Below are positions 15,154 to 25,135 of a stretch of 33,282 bases of DNA, in pieces (position 1 is the stretch's first letter; every line of letters begins with the position of its first letter). Below the pieces are notes generated by a model. It was given only the letters and a program-made list of their open reading frames with translations. It was not told where the DNA came from and ran no database searches. The position numbers were made by a program, and so were the translations under genes. This DNA comes from a virus (lineage: Duplodnaviria > Caudoviricetes), in the IMG/VR virus record IMGVR_UViG_3300005512_000175, positions 1 to 33,282 of that record; one strand, given 5' to 3'.

Positions 15154-15318
15154 ATGGATCTGGAAAACTACTATCGTCTAAACTTTGCCTTGGTGCAGTA
15201 CCATAAATATTCATTGACTGAAATTGAAAATCTTATTCCTTGGGAACGAGACATTTATGTTGGTTTATTGGAATCACATCTTGAAGATGAAAAACTAAAG
15301 CAACAACAAAATGGCTAG
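15154..15318 (+). CDS. gp51: Baseplate hub assembly chaperone gp51-like, 54 aa (MDLENYYRLNFALVQYHKYSLTEIENLIPWERDIYVGLL...), not in the ORF track
   Basis: NYY..NF.L...HKYSL.EIEN.IPWER..Y motif; follows gp26. Confidence 0.85.
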   Translation: MDLENYYRLNFALVQYHKYSLTEIENLIPWERDIYVGLLESHLEDEKLKQQQNG

Positions 15319-18300
15319 AAGAAGTAAGGCACAAACAAGAGAACTCTACAACAAAAAGTTGGGAGAGGATCTTGTCGCCAAACTTTCTGATGACCAGATT
15401 GCTCTCATATCAAAGACATATAACTCTCTTGATGATAAAGAGAGTTCTGATGTTGATAGTCGTATCATGATGGGTTATAATGATACGATCTTGCATGAAA
15501 TGGCAAGAGATATGATTGGGGAAGAGGAAGAAGACGAAGACATACCAGAGGGGCTTGATGATCTATTGGGTTCGATTCAAGATGAACCTGCACCTGCGTC
15601 ACCGGAACCAAAAGTAACTACAATCAAAGCAAGTGCAATTGTTCCTGCAAAGTTTTTTGGTGAAGATAAGTATGCAAAGTATCGTGATGAGTTGATAGCA
15701 GAAGGCACCATTGAAGGTGAGCAATTGACTGGCGAAGAAAGAAAGGAAGGATTCAAGGCAAGAAACGATCCTAATAAATTTGGTACATTCATTGAAAATT
15801 TTCTGAATCGAAAGAAAAAGTCTGATGAGGTAGAAAGTGCTGGTGGCGGCGCAGTTATAGTAACAAGACAACTCATAGACTCAGATAAGATTGTTACTCT
15901 GGAAGAAGATGATGATGGTTTAGATTCAGTAACAAAAAAACTTGATGAACTTCTTGCTACAGTTAAGGAAGGTTTCAAGTTAGAAGAAGATAAGGCAGAA
16001 GCAGATAGAAGGGCAGAAGAAAAGAAAAAGAGAAAGAAGACAGAAAAAGAATTAGAAACAAGTAAAGAATCTTTTTTAGGTAAGGCAGCAAAGCAAGTAA
16101 TCAAACCAGTCAAGAGTTTACTTGATAAGATATTTGGTTTCCTGAAGACTATCTTATTAGGCAAGGCATTGATGTCTTTGATTGATTGGATTGCTAACCC
16201 AGAGAACAGAGGGAAGATTGATACTATCTTCAGGTTCTTCAAGGACTGGTGGCCTACCTTACTTGGTGCTTACATACTATTTGGTACGTCATTTGGTAAA
16301 TTTGTACGGACAATCATTGGTCTGACTGCCAGATTTACCAAGAGAATACTTACTAAGGCATTACCATCTCTACTGAAAGCAGCAAAAGCAAATCCAATTG
16401 CTGCTGCTGGTCTTGCTGTTGTAGGCACTGCTGCTGTAGGTGGTATTGTACAATCAATGACACCATCTAATGACCCCGAAGCAGAGGAAGGTCAGTCACA
16501 ACTAGACGATACTCAAGACTTTGGTGGTATCACTGGTGCTCCCATCAGTGGTGATATGCTTGGTTTCGCAGGGGGTGGCGAAGTCAAAGGTAAACCTGGC
16601 ATTGACCAGAACCCTGCTATGCTCACTGATGGTGAGTTTGTAATGAGCAAGGGTGCTGTTCAGAAATATGGTGTAGATACATTAGAAGCAATGAATGCTG
16701 CTGGTGGTGGAACCAATATGCCTAAGATGATGAATAACATTCTCTATGCTCAGGGTGGTGGAATGATTGGTGAGAGAAAAGGTGATAAGTATGAGAAACC
16801 ATTACCAGAACCTCCATCAATATCAATGGATGGTGGTAAAAAAACCGTAGCATTAGCAATGGATGGCGGCGGAGAAAGTTTTAATATATTCAATCCAATG
16901 TCTTGGTTTAGTGGTGATGCACAAAAAGCGACTGAGGGTAAGTTAGATAATGTAAGTAATGATTCTCTTGCAGGTAAGTTATACAACAGAAGAAAACAGC
17001 AAGAAGAAGCAATGAAGATGCTTCGTGGTTATGATGGGGGTGGTGAAGTTGAATCAACACCTATTGAGAAGATGGAGTTCAACCCCAGCAATTATTTTCA
17101 AGGTGATAATGTATACAGTAGTAAAAAAATTGTAAATCCTGGACAGACTGGTAAAACTTTTGTTGTTAAGTATGCTACTTCACCAGAAGGAGCAGAGATT
17201 AGACAAGTCAATAAAGTTGTGGAGCATGGTAACTTATTCAATGGTTTTCAAGATCAACTTGTAGGTGTCAAACCTGGTTCAGATGAGTTCCAAAAGGTAG
17301 TTGAATCTGCTAATACCAAGAAGATTATTAATCAAGAGTGGAGATATAGAGCTCCGTCGATGGCATTATCTAGAGAAACAAAAGAGAATGACCAGAAGAA
17401 ACATGCAGAGTATAAAAAGTGGGTCGATAATGGTTCACCTATCACAGTTAGTCCACACGCTATGGTTGGATACGATTACAATCAATCATATCAAACAACT
17501 AAACAAGCATTCAAGGACAGTGGTGTTGAAGGTAAGAAAGGAGAAGAGTTATCTGCAGCGGCAGCAGCACAACTTGCTATGCCTAATCTAGATGGCGATG
17601 CAACTGTGTTACCAACATCTGATGAGTCACGCATCTCTACTGATACTGTAAACCAATATACTGTTGCTAGCACACCACAGAACCAAGATAATAAACCAGA
17701 GAGTGCTCTTGATATCATTAAGAATTACTTGATGGCAGGTTTGACTATGGGTGGAGAAAAGAAGACAGAAGATGAAAAGAACCACGGTCAGATTATAACT
17801 CCAAAGAATACAGAGTATGATAGTAAGTCTGGAAAACCATCTAATGCTCCTGGAATAACAGTTGTAAGCAAAGGTAGTAGAGAAGCAACACAAGGCAGTA
17901 AAATTGCAGGTGAACTTGGTCGTTACCTTGATAAGAGTGGTCTAGGAATATGGGGTTCAGGTGTACATCAACATCCAGAACATCCTGCTTGGCCAAGAGA
18001 GAGTGGTCACTCTCCAGGTTCATTACATTATGAATCACAAGGAGCAAGAGCAATTGATATTGGTGGGTGGGGTCCAAACCTATTCAAAAGAAAGGGTGAG
18101 TCTGGTGTTGATGACCAGACTAAAATTCTCAATGGTATAAAAGAATTCAATAGAAAGAATCAGGTCAAACCAGTACAACTATTCCATGAAGGTAACGATC
18201 CTGCTGGACACGCTGATCACGTTCACGTTGCATACAACAGCGGTGGTGAAGTGAAGGGTAAACCTGGTATTGATAAGAACCCTGCTATGTTGAGCAAGGG

Positions 18301-18649
18301 TGAGATTGTGATGAACAATGAGGCAGTGCAGGGTGTTGGTAAACAAAACCTACTTGCTGCTAACAAATATTATGGTGGACAGGATGCAAACAAACCCAAG
18401 ATTGTAAAGGGTACAATGCACGCTGCTAGTGGTGGATATGTTCCTGCTCCTGCAATGGTTGGTGATAAAAGTGTGAAGTCTACACCTATCACACCATTGA
18501 ATAGATCAAAACCAAAGGTTACTTTTGTTGACCTTGGTTCTGATACTGAGACTGTTGGTCCTACTGGTGGTACTGGACCATCTATTCCAGTATTCAGTGC
18601 TGCTTCTAGGTCAAGAACTAAACTCAACACACTGGGGATTAATCTCTGA
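15311..18649 (+). CDS. Tape-measure-like / injected virion protein, 1112 aa, with a putative M15-like Zn peptidase domain
   Basis: Coiled coil plus hydrophobic helices; two GGEV.GKPGID.NPAML..GE.VM repeats; SLHY...RAID...HADHVHVAY metallopeptidase-like motif; follows gp26/gp51. Confidence 0.65.
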   Translation: MARRSKAQTRELYNKKLGEDLVAKLSDDQIALISKTYNSLDDKESSDVDSRIMMGYNDTILHEMARDMIGEEEEDEDIPEGLDDLLGSIQDEPAPASPEPKVTTIKASAIVPAKFFGEDKYAKYRDELIAEGTIEGEQLTGEERKEGFKARNDPNKFGTFIENFLNRKKKSDEVESAGGGAVIVTRQLIDSDKIVTLEEDDDGLDSVTKKLDELLATVKEGFKLEEDKAEADRRAEEKKKRKKTEKELETSKESFLGKAAKQVIKPVKSLLDKIFGFLKTILLGKALMSLIDWIANPENRGKIDTIFRFFKDWWPTLLGAYILFGTSFGKFVRTIIGLTARFTKRILTKALPSLLKAAKANPIAAAGLAVVGTAAVGGIVQSMTPSNDPEAEEGQSQLDDTQDFGGITGAPISGDMLGFAGGGEVKGKPGIDQNPAMLTDGEFVMSKGAVQKYGVDTLEAMNAAGGGTNMPKMMNNILYAQGGGMIGERKGDKYEKPLPEPPSISMDGGKKTVALAMDGGGESFNIFNPMSWFSGDAQKATEGKLDNVSNDSLAGKLYNRRKQQEEAMKMLRGYDGGGEVESTPIEKMEFNPSNYFQGDNVYSSKKIVNPGQTGKTFVVKYATSPEGAEIRQVNKVVEHGNLFNGFQDQLVGVKPGSDEFQKVVESANTKKIINQEWRYRAPSMALSRETKENDQKKHAEYKKWVDNGSPITVSPHAMVGYDYNQSYQTTKQAFKDSGVEGKKGEELSAAAAAQLAMPNLDGDATVLPTSDESRISTDTVNQYTVASTPQNQDNKPESALDIIKNYLMAGLTMGGEKKTEDEKNHGQIITPKNTEYDSKSGKPSNAPGITVVSKGSREATQGSKIAGELGRYLDKSGLGIWGSGVHQHPEHPAWPRESGHSPGSLHYESQGARAIDIGGWGPNLFKRKGESGVDDQTKILNGIKEFNRKNQVKPVQLFHEGNDPAGHADHVHVAYNSGGEVKGKPGIDKNPAMLSKGEIVMNNEAVQGVGKQNLLAANKYYGGQDANKPKIVKGTMHAASGGYVPAPAMVGDKSVKSTPITPLNRSKPKVTFVDLGSDTETVGPTGGTGPSIPVFSAASRSRTKLNTLGINL
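16574..18313 (+). repeat. 72-nt imperfect direct repeat within the CDS (16574-16645 and 18242-18313)
   Basis: GGTGGCGAAGTCAAAGGTAAACCTGGCATTGACCAGAACCCTGCTATG... vs GGTGGTGAAGTGAAGGGTAAACCTGGTATTGATAAGAACCCTGCTATG... Confidence 0.85.
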
Positions 18650-21600
18650 TGGCAGTAGATATTCAAAAACTTCTACCACAAAGACCGGTAGAGAACAGAA
18701 CCATAGTTCTTCTCAGTGATACTTCTATCATCAAAGTTGGTGATAGAAAGAAGGAGAAGTATGCAGAGGTAACAGAGAAGATTGATACTGCAACTAAACT
18801 TTTAGCAGGGACACTTGCTGAAGAGAAGAAAAGAATCAATGATGAGAGGAGAAAGAAAGCAAAAGAATCAAGATCTGGACAGGAAGCAGATTTAGAAAAA
18901 GGAAAGAAGAAGAAAAGTGAGAAAGATTTGACGGTAAAGAAACCGAAGATGAGTTTCCTTGATAGGATAAAGAAGTTTATCAATAATATTATCTTTGGGT
19001 TTCTTCTGATAAAATTAGTAGACTATGCACCAGTATTAGTTCCGATTGCTAAAGGACTAGCAGCAACAGTCAAGTTTGTTGTTGATATTGCTGGTAAGAT
19101 ACTGAACAGTCTAGTAACCCTTGTTGATTGGGGATACAAGGCATACGACTGGACTAGAGGTGCGATAAAAAATATTGGCGGCGAAAAAGCAGCAGAAAAT
19201 TTTGATAAGTTAGCAGGTGCTCTCAATAAATTCCTAAACATAGCACTCATCGTTGGTATGGCTACCATGGATGGTGGCGGTAGCAATCTTCCCGGTGGTA
19301 AACCTCAGACAGGTATACAAGGACTTAAGAACCAAGCAGGAAGAGTTACTAGAGGTGGAACAACAGCAGGTGCTGCCAGAAGATATGCTTCTAGATATGG
19401 TAGAGATGCTGCTGTTCGTAGGTTTGGTGCAGACGCGGTAAAAAGTTTAGGTGGTAAATATGGACGCTCTGCTATTACTAATTTTGGTAGAGATGCTCTA
19501 GTCAAAACTCTTGGTGGTAGAGGAGCAGCAAAAACTGTAAAGTTTGCTGCAGGTATTCTAAAACCAATTGTAAAAAATGTTCCACTGATTGGTGGTATCG
19601 TAGAGTTTATTCTATCGTGGATATCAGGTGACCCAGTAGGTAAGGCAGCATTCAAAGGTGTAGGTTCTGGTCTTGGTACTTGGGCTGGTGGTGCATTAGG
19701 AACTCTGATTGGTGGACCTGTTGGAACTGCTGTTGGTATGTTTGTTGGCAGTCAAGGTGGTTCAGCACTTGGTGGTTTATTATATGATGCTATTTTTAGC
19801 AAAAAAGAACCTAAAGCAGAAGTAGAAGGTAGATCAGAAGGTGGTCTTTCTTCCAGAACTATCGGTGGTGAGAAAAAGAATATTGGGGTTACAGTAAAAG
19901 AAGATACACAACGTAAACCAGACCAAGTAAAGATAAAAGGAAAAGAAGAAATCAGCACAGATTATAGTAAGATAGATTATTTTGGACCTATGCTTGCTGT
20001 ATCTAATAAAATGTTATTGGGTGAGCAGATTACACCACGCGACTATGAAAGTATTGGTCAAGGTTTTACTAACCTATATCTTGATGGTATAGAAGATGGT
20101 GAGATAAAAGGTAAGTCAGGTATCAAGGAGTGGGTTACCAGTTCTATGGAGAAAGAGGTTGAAAAGAATAAAGAGACTCTGAAAAAAGTAGAGAGTGAAT
20201 CAGAAACAGAGGATGAAGAAGATGAAGATACGCCATCAACTCCAGAAGGTCTGATTGCCGAATATCTCAAGACAAAACTAGGAATAAAACCACCTAAACC
20301 TAAAACTAAATCTACAGCAGGAACAGGAACTGTTGCTGGTGATAGAGACAGTGCTACGGGTGAATTGATGGATGCTAATGTATCAGGTACTGAACTAGAT
20401 TTATTCCAGAGATTAGTTATTGCCGAGTCTGGCGGTGAAGGACCAGTAGGTATGGCTTTGGTTGCTAGAAGTGTATTGAATCGTGCTGGTCTGATACAAT
20501 CAGGTAAGGCATCGACAGGTACATTCTTGGCGAATGACTCTAGTATCACTGGTGTGATTATGGGTCGTGGTCAGTATCAACCTATCTCAGATGGTAGTAT
20601 CAATACACCTAGAACAGATGCTCAAATGGCGACTGCTCTTGAGGCAATCAAGACAGCACAGAATGTAGATAAGTTGAGAGGTATACTCAAAAGTGAAGGG
20701 TACGATGATGATAAAGTTACAAAGATGTTAGCAGCAACAGGTTTCAGAACCGGTAGTGCATTCAATGATCCATCACAGAACGTCAATGTAACTCAACATA
20801 AGAATCACTTCTTCAACACAGCAGGTAACGAAGGTCTGTTGATTGTTGGTGGTAGCATTGCTGATGCTCAAGCACCATCTGCAGATATACAAGACGATAT
20901 CAAACCAGGAAGAGATAAGAAGTTATATCTACACTGGACTGCTGGTGGATATGAAGGTACTGCTGGCGGATATCATACCGTCATCACTGGTGATGGTAAA
21001 GTACATCGTAAGATAGACTACAATAAGACAGGCGAACATACAGAAAGTCGTAATCAGAACTCTGTTGGTCTTGCGGTTGCTGCAATGAGGGAGGTGCCGA
21101 AAGGTTCTGGTAAATATACAGATTGGCCAAAACCAGTTCAGATTGATAGATTAGTAGAAGAGTCGGCTAAGATTACAAAGGCGTGGGGTTGGAAACCATC
21201 AGATATCAATATCAAAAAGGTCATGACTCATGGTGAGGCAGGTTCAGGTAAGGATGGATACTTACCTGCTGTTAGTAAGAAACCATACAACTATGGTCCT
21301 AAAGTGTGGGGTGGTGATGGTTCTCGTTGGGACTTAGATATGCTTTCACCATCTGATAAGATTGGTGATGGTGGACAGAAACTTCGTAGTATGATAAAAG
21401 CAAAGTACGCTATGGGTGGTAAGACAAAACCTGGTCCGCACCTAGCAATGGTGGGTGAGGAAGGAACAGAGTTCGTCATTGACCACGATTCATTCAAGGC
21501 AATTGAACAGGCAGCACCTGGTTTTCTTGACCTTCTGAATAAAGCAGAGGGTAAGAAAGCAGCAGACTTGCTGATGAATTACACATCATATAATGACCCA

Positions 21601-21738
21601 ACCGGTGGAGAGACTATTGTTATGAGTAAGACTAAGGTCAGACAAATTGTTGCTCCATACAGTGGTAGTACATCAACTCGTTATGTTCCTATGGGAGGAG
21701 GTTCATCTAACAATGAAACTCTTGATTATTATGGTTAA
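18649..21738 (+). CDS. Second tape-measure-like virion protein, 1029 aa, with SleB-like (Hydrolase_2) and amidase_2 domains
   Basis: Gly-zipper TM region; LVIAESGGEG..GMALVARSVLNR...GQYQP (SleB); LHWTAG..YH..I..DG...HT..RN.NSVG...TH.E (Zn amidase); AMGG...AMVGEEGTEFVI. Confidence 0.75.
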   Translation: MAVDIQKLLPQRPVENRTIVLLSDTSIIKVGDRKKEKYAEVTEKIDTATKLLAGTLAEEKKRINDERRKKAKESRSGQEADLEKGKKKKSEKDLTVKKPKMSFLDRIKKFINNIIFGFLLIKLVDYAPVLVPIAKGLAATVKFVVDIAGKILNSLVTLVDWGYKAYDWTRGAIKNIGGEKAAENFDKLAGALNKFLNIALIVGMATMDGGGSNLPGGKPQTGIQGLKNQAGRVTRGGTTAGAARRYASRYGRDAAVRRFGADAVKSLGGKYGRSAITNFGRDALVKTLGGRGAAKTVKFAAGILKPIVKNVPLIGGIVEFILSWISGDPVGKAAFKGVGSGLGTWAGGALGTLIGGPVGTAVGMFVGSQGGSALGGLLYDAIFSKKEPKAEVEGRSEGGLSSRTIGGEKKNIGVTVKEDTQRKPDQVKIKGKEEISTDYSKIDYFGPMLAVSNKMLLGEQITPRDYESIGQGFTNLYLDGIEDGEIKGKSGIKEWVTSSMEKEVEKNKETLKKVESESETEDEEDEDTPSTPEGLIAEYLKTKLGIKPPKPKTKSTAGTGTVAGDRDSATGELMDANVSGTELDLFQRLVIAESGGEGPVGMALVARSVLNRAGLIQSGKASTGTFLANDSSITGVIMGRGQYQPISDGSINTPRTDAQMATALEAIKTAQNVDKLRGILKSEGYDDDKVTKMLAATGFRTGSAFNDPSQNVNVTQHKNHFFNTAGNEGLLIVGGSIADAQAPSADIQDDIKPGRDKKLYLHWTAGGYEGTAGGYHTVITGDGKVHRKIDYNKTGEHTESRNQNSVGLAVAAMREVPKGSGKYTDWPKPVQIDRLVEESAKITKAWGWKPSDINIKKVMTHGEAGSGKDGYLPAVSKKPYNYGPKVWGGDGSRWDLDMLSPSDKIGDGGQKLRSMIKAKYAMGGKTKPGPHLAMVGEEGTEFVIDHDSFKAIEQAAPGFLDLLNKAEGKKAADLLMNYTSYNDPTGGETIVMSKTKVRQIVAPYSGSTSTRYVPMGGGSSNNETLDYYG

Positions 21739-21759
21739 ATAGAATAAAGATAAACAGAA

Positions 21760-23097
21760 ATGGCAGAGGGTTCTTCTTACAAGGCAGCTCCGGGTGGTGT
21801 TAGACTATTCATATCATCCAATAAGGGTGGCAAGTCAACTGATGTTACGGCAGGTATTATTGACTTCAGATACTTTGAAAGTATCTTGAGCGATACTATC
21901 AGTGTGCAAGCAACTTTTGTTGATAGTGGTGGTTCTACGGATGGACAATCTATTCTTGATGGTCTGCCTATTGTAGGGGGCGAAAGGTGTCAGTTTCAGA
22001 TAACCGACTTGAATGATGTACAAATTTCAGATATACCTTTGTACGTGAATATGGTCAACCCTATCAGTGATGATAACAGGGGACAGATTGTACAAGTTGA
22101 ATTGAGGTCAAAAGAATTTTTTCTTGACGACAAGATTAGATTGAAGAAAAAGTTTACAGGTAAGATATCCGAAAGTGTTGCTACTATCTTATCAAATAGT
22201 GAGTATGGATTAGGTACAGATAAAGTTCTGGTTGACTTTGAAGAGACTATCAACAACCTAAACTTTATGGGCAACATGAAGAAACCTTTCTATACAATCA
22301 ACTGGTTAGCAAAGAAGAGTGTTCCTGGTTCATCTAGTGATGCTCTTGGTAATACAGCAGGTTTCTTTTTCTGGGAGACATCATTGGGGTATCATTTCAG
22401 GTCTATCGATACGATGATGGACAAGAAAAAGAACGAACCGAAGAGGTCAATCATCTATACTAATACAGATGATGAATTAGGTGCTAAGACTCCAAGGAAA
22501 TATACCACAAAGGCATTGGAGTTCAATACAAATGTTCCTACTAATATATCTAACAGACAAAAGGTAGGTACGAATCAAACAAAGATGGTTTTGTTTGACC
22601 CATTCAATTGTTACTATGAGGTAGTATATAATAATAGTTTTTCAAATCAATCAGGTTACACTTCTAGTGGTGAGGAATTAGTTCCAACTCAATCAGAGTT
22701 TGATACACCAGCAACTACAAACTTCTCAAGAACAACGTACTATCTCTTAGACAAGGGAACACTTCCTGATGGTCCAACAGAACAGCAACTAGAAAAGTCA
22801 AAGGAAGAAAACTTTGAGTATTCAAAAATCCTAAACCAGTCTATAATGAGATATAACCAGTTCTTTGGTTATCAAGTTGAGGTCACTATTCCAGGTGACT
22901 TTGAACTTCATGCAGGTGATATGGTATTCGTTGACTCTGCAGAGAAGAAAGATGTAAATTCCGGTGATGTAAACCAGAATTCTGGTGGTCTATATATTAT
23001 ATCGGAACTATGTCATTTCTTGTCAACTAAAGGAACCTATACTAGACTGAATTTAGTCAGGGATTCCGTTGGAAGAACTGGTAGACCAACTGCATAA
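21760..23097 (+). CDS. Baseplate hub / tail protein (gp27-like)
   Basis: YFESILS, LPIVGGE, FFFWET..GYHFRSID, IPGDFELHAGD and GGLYIISELCH; upstream of gp5; TTAAATA upstream. Confidence 0.65.
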   Translation: MAEGSSYKAAPGGVRLFISSNKGGKSTDVTAGIIDFRYFESILSDTISVQATFVDSGGSTDGQSILDGLPIVGGERCQFQITDLNDVQISDIPLYVNMVNPISDDNRGQIVQVELRSKEFFLDDKIRLKKKFTGKISESVATILSNSEYGLGTDKVLVDFEETINNLNFMGNMKKPFYTINWLAKKSVPGSSSDALGNTAGFFFWETSLGYHFRSIDTMMDKKKNEPKRSIIYTNTDDELGAKTPRKYTTKALEFNTNVPTNISNRQKVGTNQTKMVLFDPFNCYYEVVYNNSFSNQSGYTSSGEELVPTQSEFDTPATTNFSRTTYYLLDKGTLPDGPTEQQLEKSKEENFEYSKILNQSIMRYNQFFGYQVEVTIPGDFELHAGDMVFVDSAEKKDVNSGDVNQNSGGLYIISELCHFLSTKGTYTRLNLVRDSVGRTGRPTA

Positions 23098-23103
23098 AAT
23101 CCT

Positions 23104-23322
23104 ATGTCAGATAAAACACTGCAACAACACATCAACGACGATAAAGATGAATTAGAATCTGGAAGTATTAGTCCCCAGCGTCGTAGACATATTGAAGATG
23201 AGTTAGATCATCTAGAAAAATATCAAGCAAATCACCCTGATGAAGATCATGATCCAACATCTTTCGAGATGTATTGTGATGAATGGCCAGAAGCAGATGA
23301 ATGTAGAATTTATGAGGATTGA
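23104..23322 (+). CDS. cp12: CP12 Calvin-cycle inhibitor (cyanophage type)
   Basis: C-terminal FEMYCDEWPEADECRIYED signature and SPQRRRH. Confidence 0.93.
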   Translation: MSDKTLQQHINDDKDELESGSISPQRRRHIEDELDHLEKYQANHPDEDHDPTSFEMYCDEWPEADECRIYED

Positions 23323-25100
23323 TGGAAGGTAGTACGTTCAACCCTGGTTTTCTAGGTTCCCACTTTAATTGGTGGGTCGGTCAGATTGCTGATGATTCTA
23401 CCTGGAGAGATAATATTCTCCCAGGTAAGTATGATGACCCACAACAAATCAAGGGTTGGGGTAGAAGATATAAGGTGAGAATTTTTGGTCTTCATCCTGT
23501 TGGGGAGGAAACACCTTCGGAAGATTTGCCGTGGGCACAGGTAATGTATCCTGTGACTGCTGGTGGTGGACAAGCAGAAGCAGCACAAACACCTAACCTT
23601 CGTCAAGGTAATATGGTGTTTGGATTCTTTCTTGATGATAAGGAACAGCAAGTCCCAGTTATCATGGGTGTTCTGGGAAACAATTCCCAGACTCTTCTGA
23701 AGAATACTATTGGAACTGGTGAGGTAAATGATAACTCACCAGGTAGTCTTGCTACAAGTGGATATGCTATTGGTAAGCAAGCAAAAACTGAACAAACTAC
23801 AGAGAGAGTACCTGATGAGGGTCTTCAAGTATCAAGACCTGGTGTATCAGCACATTCTATCCCTGCTGCACCTGCAACACCTACCGATAAGTATGGAATT
23901 CGTGCAGATATTCCATATACTGATGAAATCAGAGGTTACATTCAAAATGCAGAGAGGTTAGCAGATAGAAGGAATGTAAAAGAGAGTAAAAGAGATGCCT
24001 TTATTAGGAAGAAAGTTCAGCAAAGCATAAAGACACAAAGTAATCTTGAAAACTCTCCTCTTCAACCATCACAACCTGGAGCAACTAGAGAAAATGCTGA
24101 TGGTGTTCATCAGTTACAGGTAGCTGATATCAAACGTGAAGAGTATATGGATAAGAGAACCCCTATGATGAAACCTGATGATAAGGTGGGGTCTGCTATT
24201 AGTGCTATTCAAACGGTCATTGATAATTTGATGAATGCTATTGATAAGTATCTTCAGTCATTTCAATCATATCTTGAGGCAGCATCTGGTGCTGTCACAG
24301 ATACTAGCGGTATAAAAAATCTTATCAAGAAAACATCACAAGAAATTGCAAAGTATATGAAGATAGTCTTTGATAAGATTATCGAATATGTACAAAAGAT
24401 TTTCAACAATGCAATGACTGCTGTGGTATCAGCTACACCAGCAAACTTTAGACATTTGATGGGTGATATGAAAGAACAGACAACTGCACTGATTACTTGT
24501 CTGTATAATAAGATTGTAGAAACACTTGCACAGTATATTGAGGATGCTCTTTTGGATGCTATCGATCTTGATTCATTGGAGCGGTCAGCAAAACAAGCAC
24601 TTGTAGATAGAAAACAGTATCAAACTTTCCCAACAGCACCAATCTGTTTTGCTGAAGATGTTGTTGCGACTGTGATTGCGGCAAGGAGAGATGATATTAA
24701 TAACGCAAACAATTCATTGGTAGAGAACCTGAGTAGTTTTATTACTGAAATTCAAACAATGATTGCAGGTGAGAGTTCTGCATTGGGTGACATCTTGAAT
24801 CAAATTCCAGACATTGATGGTAACATGAGTGCTGCCTTTGGATTTAGCAATTTATCTTTAGATATTTTTGGTTGTCAGTTATCACCAAACATCGCTATAT
24901 CTGACTTCTACACTTTATCTAATGGTGGATCGGGTCAAACTCAAGTACAGAAACCAAGTGCAGGTGCAATCAATAAGAAGTCACAACAAAAACCAGGCAA
25001 TAAACCAATAGAACCACCTAAACAATACGCACAACCTGCTAGAGGTCAGGGGACTGTTAGATATGATGACCCACCCAAGGTAACAGTCAAACCGACCTAA
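23322..25100 (+). CDS. gp5: Baseplate hub gp5 (N-terminal OB-fold; no lysozyme domain recognised)
   Basis: FNWWVGQI, RYKVRIFGLH, LPWAQVMYP and VFGFFLD..QQVPVIMGVL. Confidence 0.85.
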   Translation: MEGSTFNPGFLGSHFNWWVGQIADDSTWRDNILPGKYDDPQQIKGWGRRYKVRIFGLHPVGEETPSEDLPWAQVMYPVTAGGGQAEAAQTPNLRQGNMVFGFFLDDKEQQVPVIMGVLGNNSQTLLKNTIGTGEVNDNSPGSLATSGYAIGKQAKTEQTTERVPDEGLQVSRPGVSAHSIPAAPATPTDKYGIRADIPYTDEIRGYIQNAERLADRRNVKESKRDAFIRKKVQQSIKTQSNLENSPLQPSQPGATRENADGVHQLQVADIKREEYMDKRTPMMKPDDKVGSAISAIQTVIDNLMNAIDKYLQSFQSYLEAASGAVTDTSGIKNLIKKTSQEIAKYMKIVFDKIIEYVQKIFNNAMTAVVSATPANFRHLMGDMKEQTTALITCLYNKIVETLAQYIEDALLDAIDLDSLERSAKQALVDRKQYQTFPTAPICFAEDVVATVIAARRDDINNANNSLVENLSSFITEIQTMIAGESSALGDILNQIPDIDGNMSAAFGFSNLSLDIFGCQLSPNIAISDFYTLSNGGSGQTQVQKPSAGAINKKSQQKPGNKPIEPPKQYAQPARGQGTVRYDDPPKVTVKPT

Positions 25101-25106
25101 TAAATA
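25100..25106 (+). promoter_or_regulatory. Late promoter (ATAAATA)
   Basis: ATAAATA in the gap upstream of ATG 25136. Confidence 0.55.
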
Positions 25107-25135
25107 TAAACACTACAGGTAGAAAAGTATAGGAT

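Noticed and set aside
15577-20549. Long antisense ORFs (e.g. 15577-16242, 19305-19655, 20058-20549)
   Set aside because: They are shadows of codon bias in the sense genes, with S/F/L/P-rich translations and no expression signals
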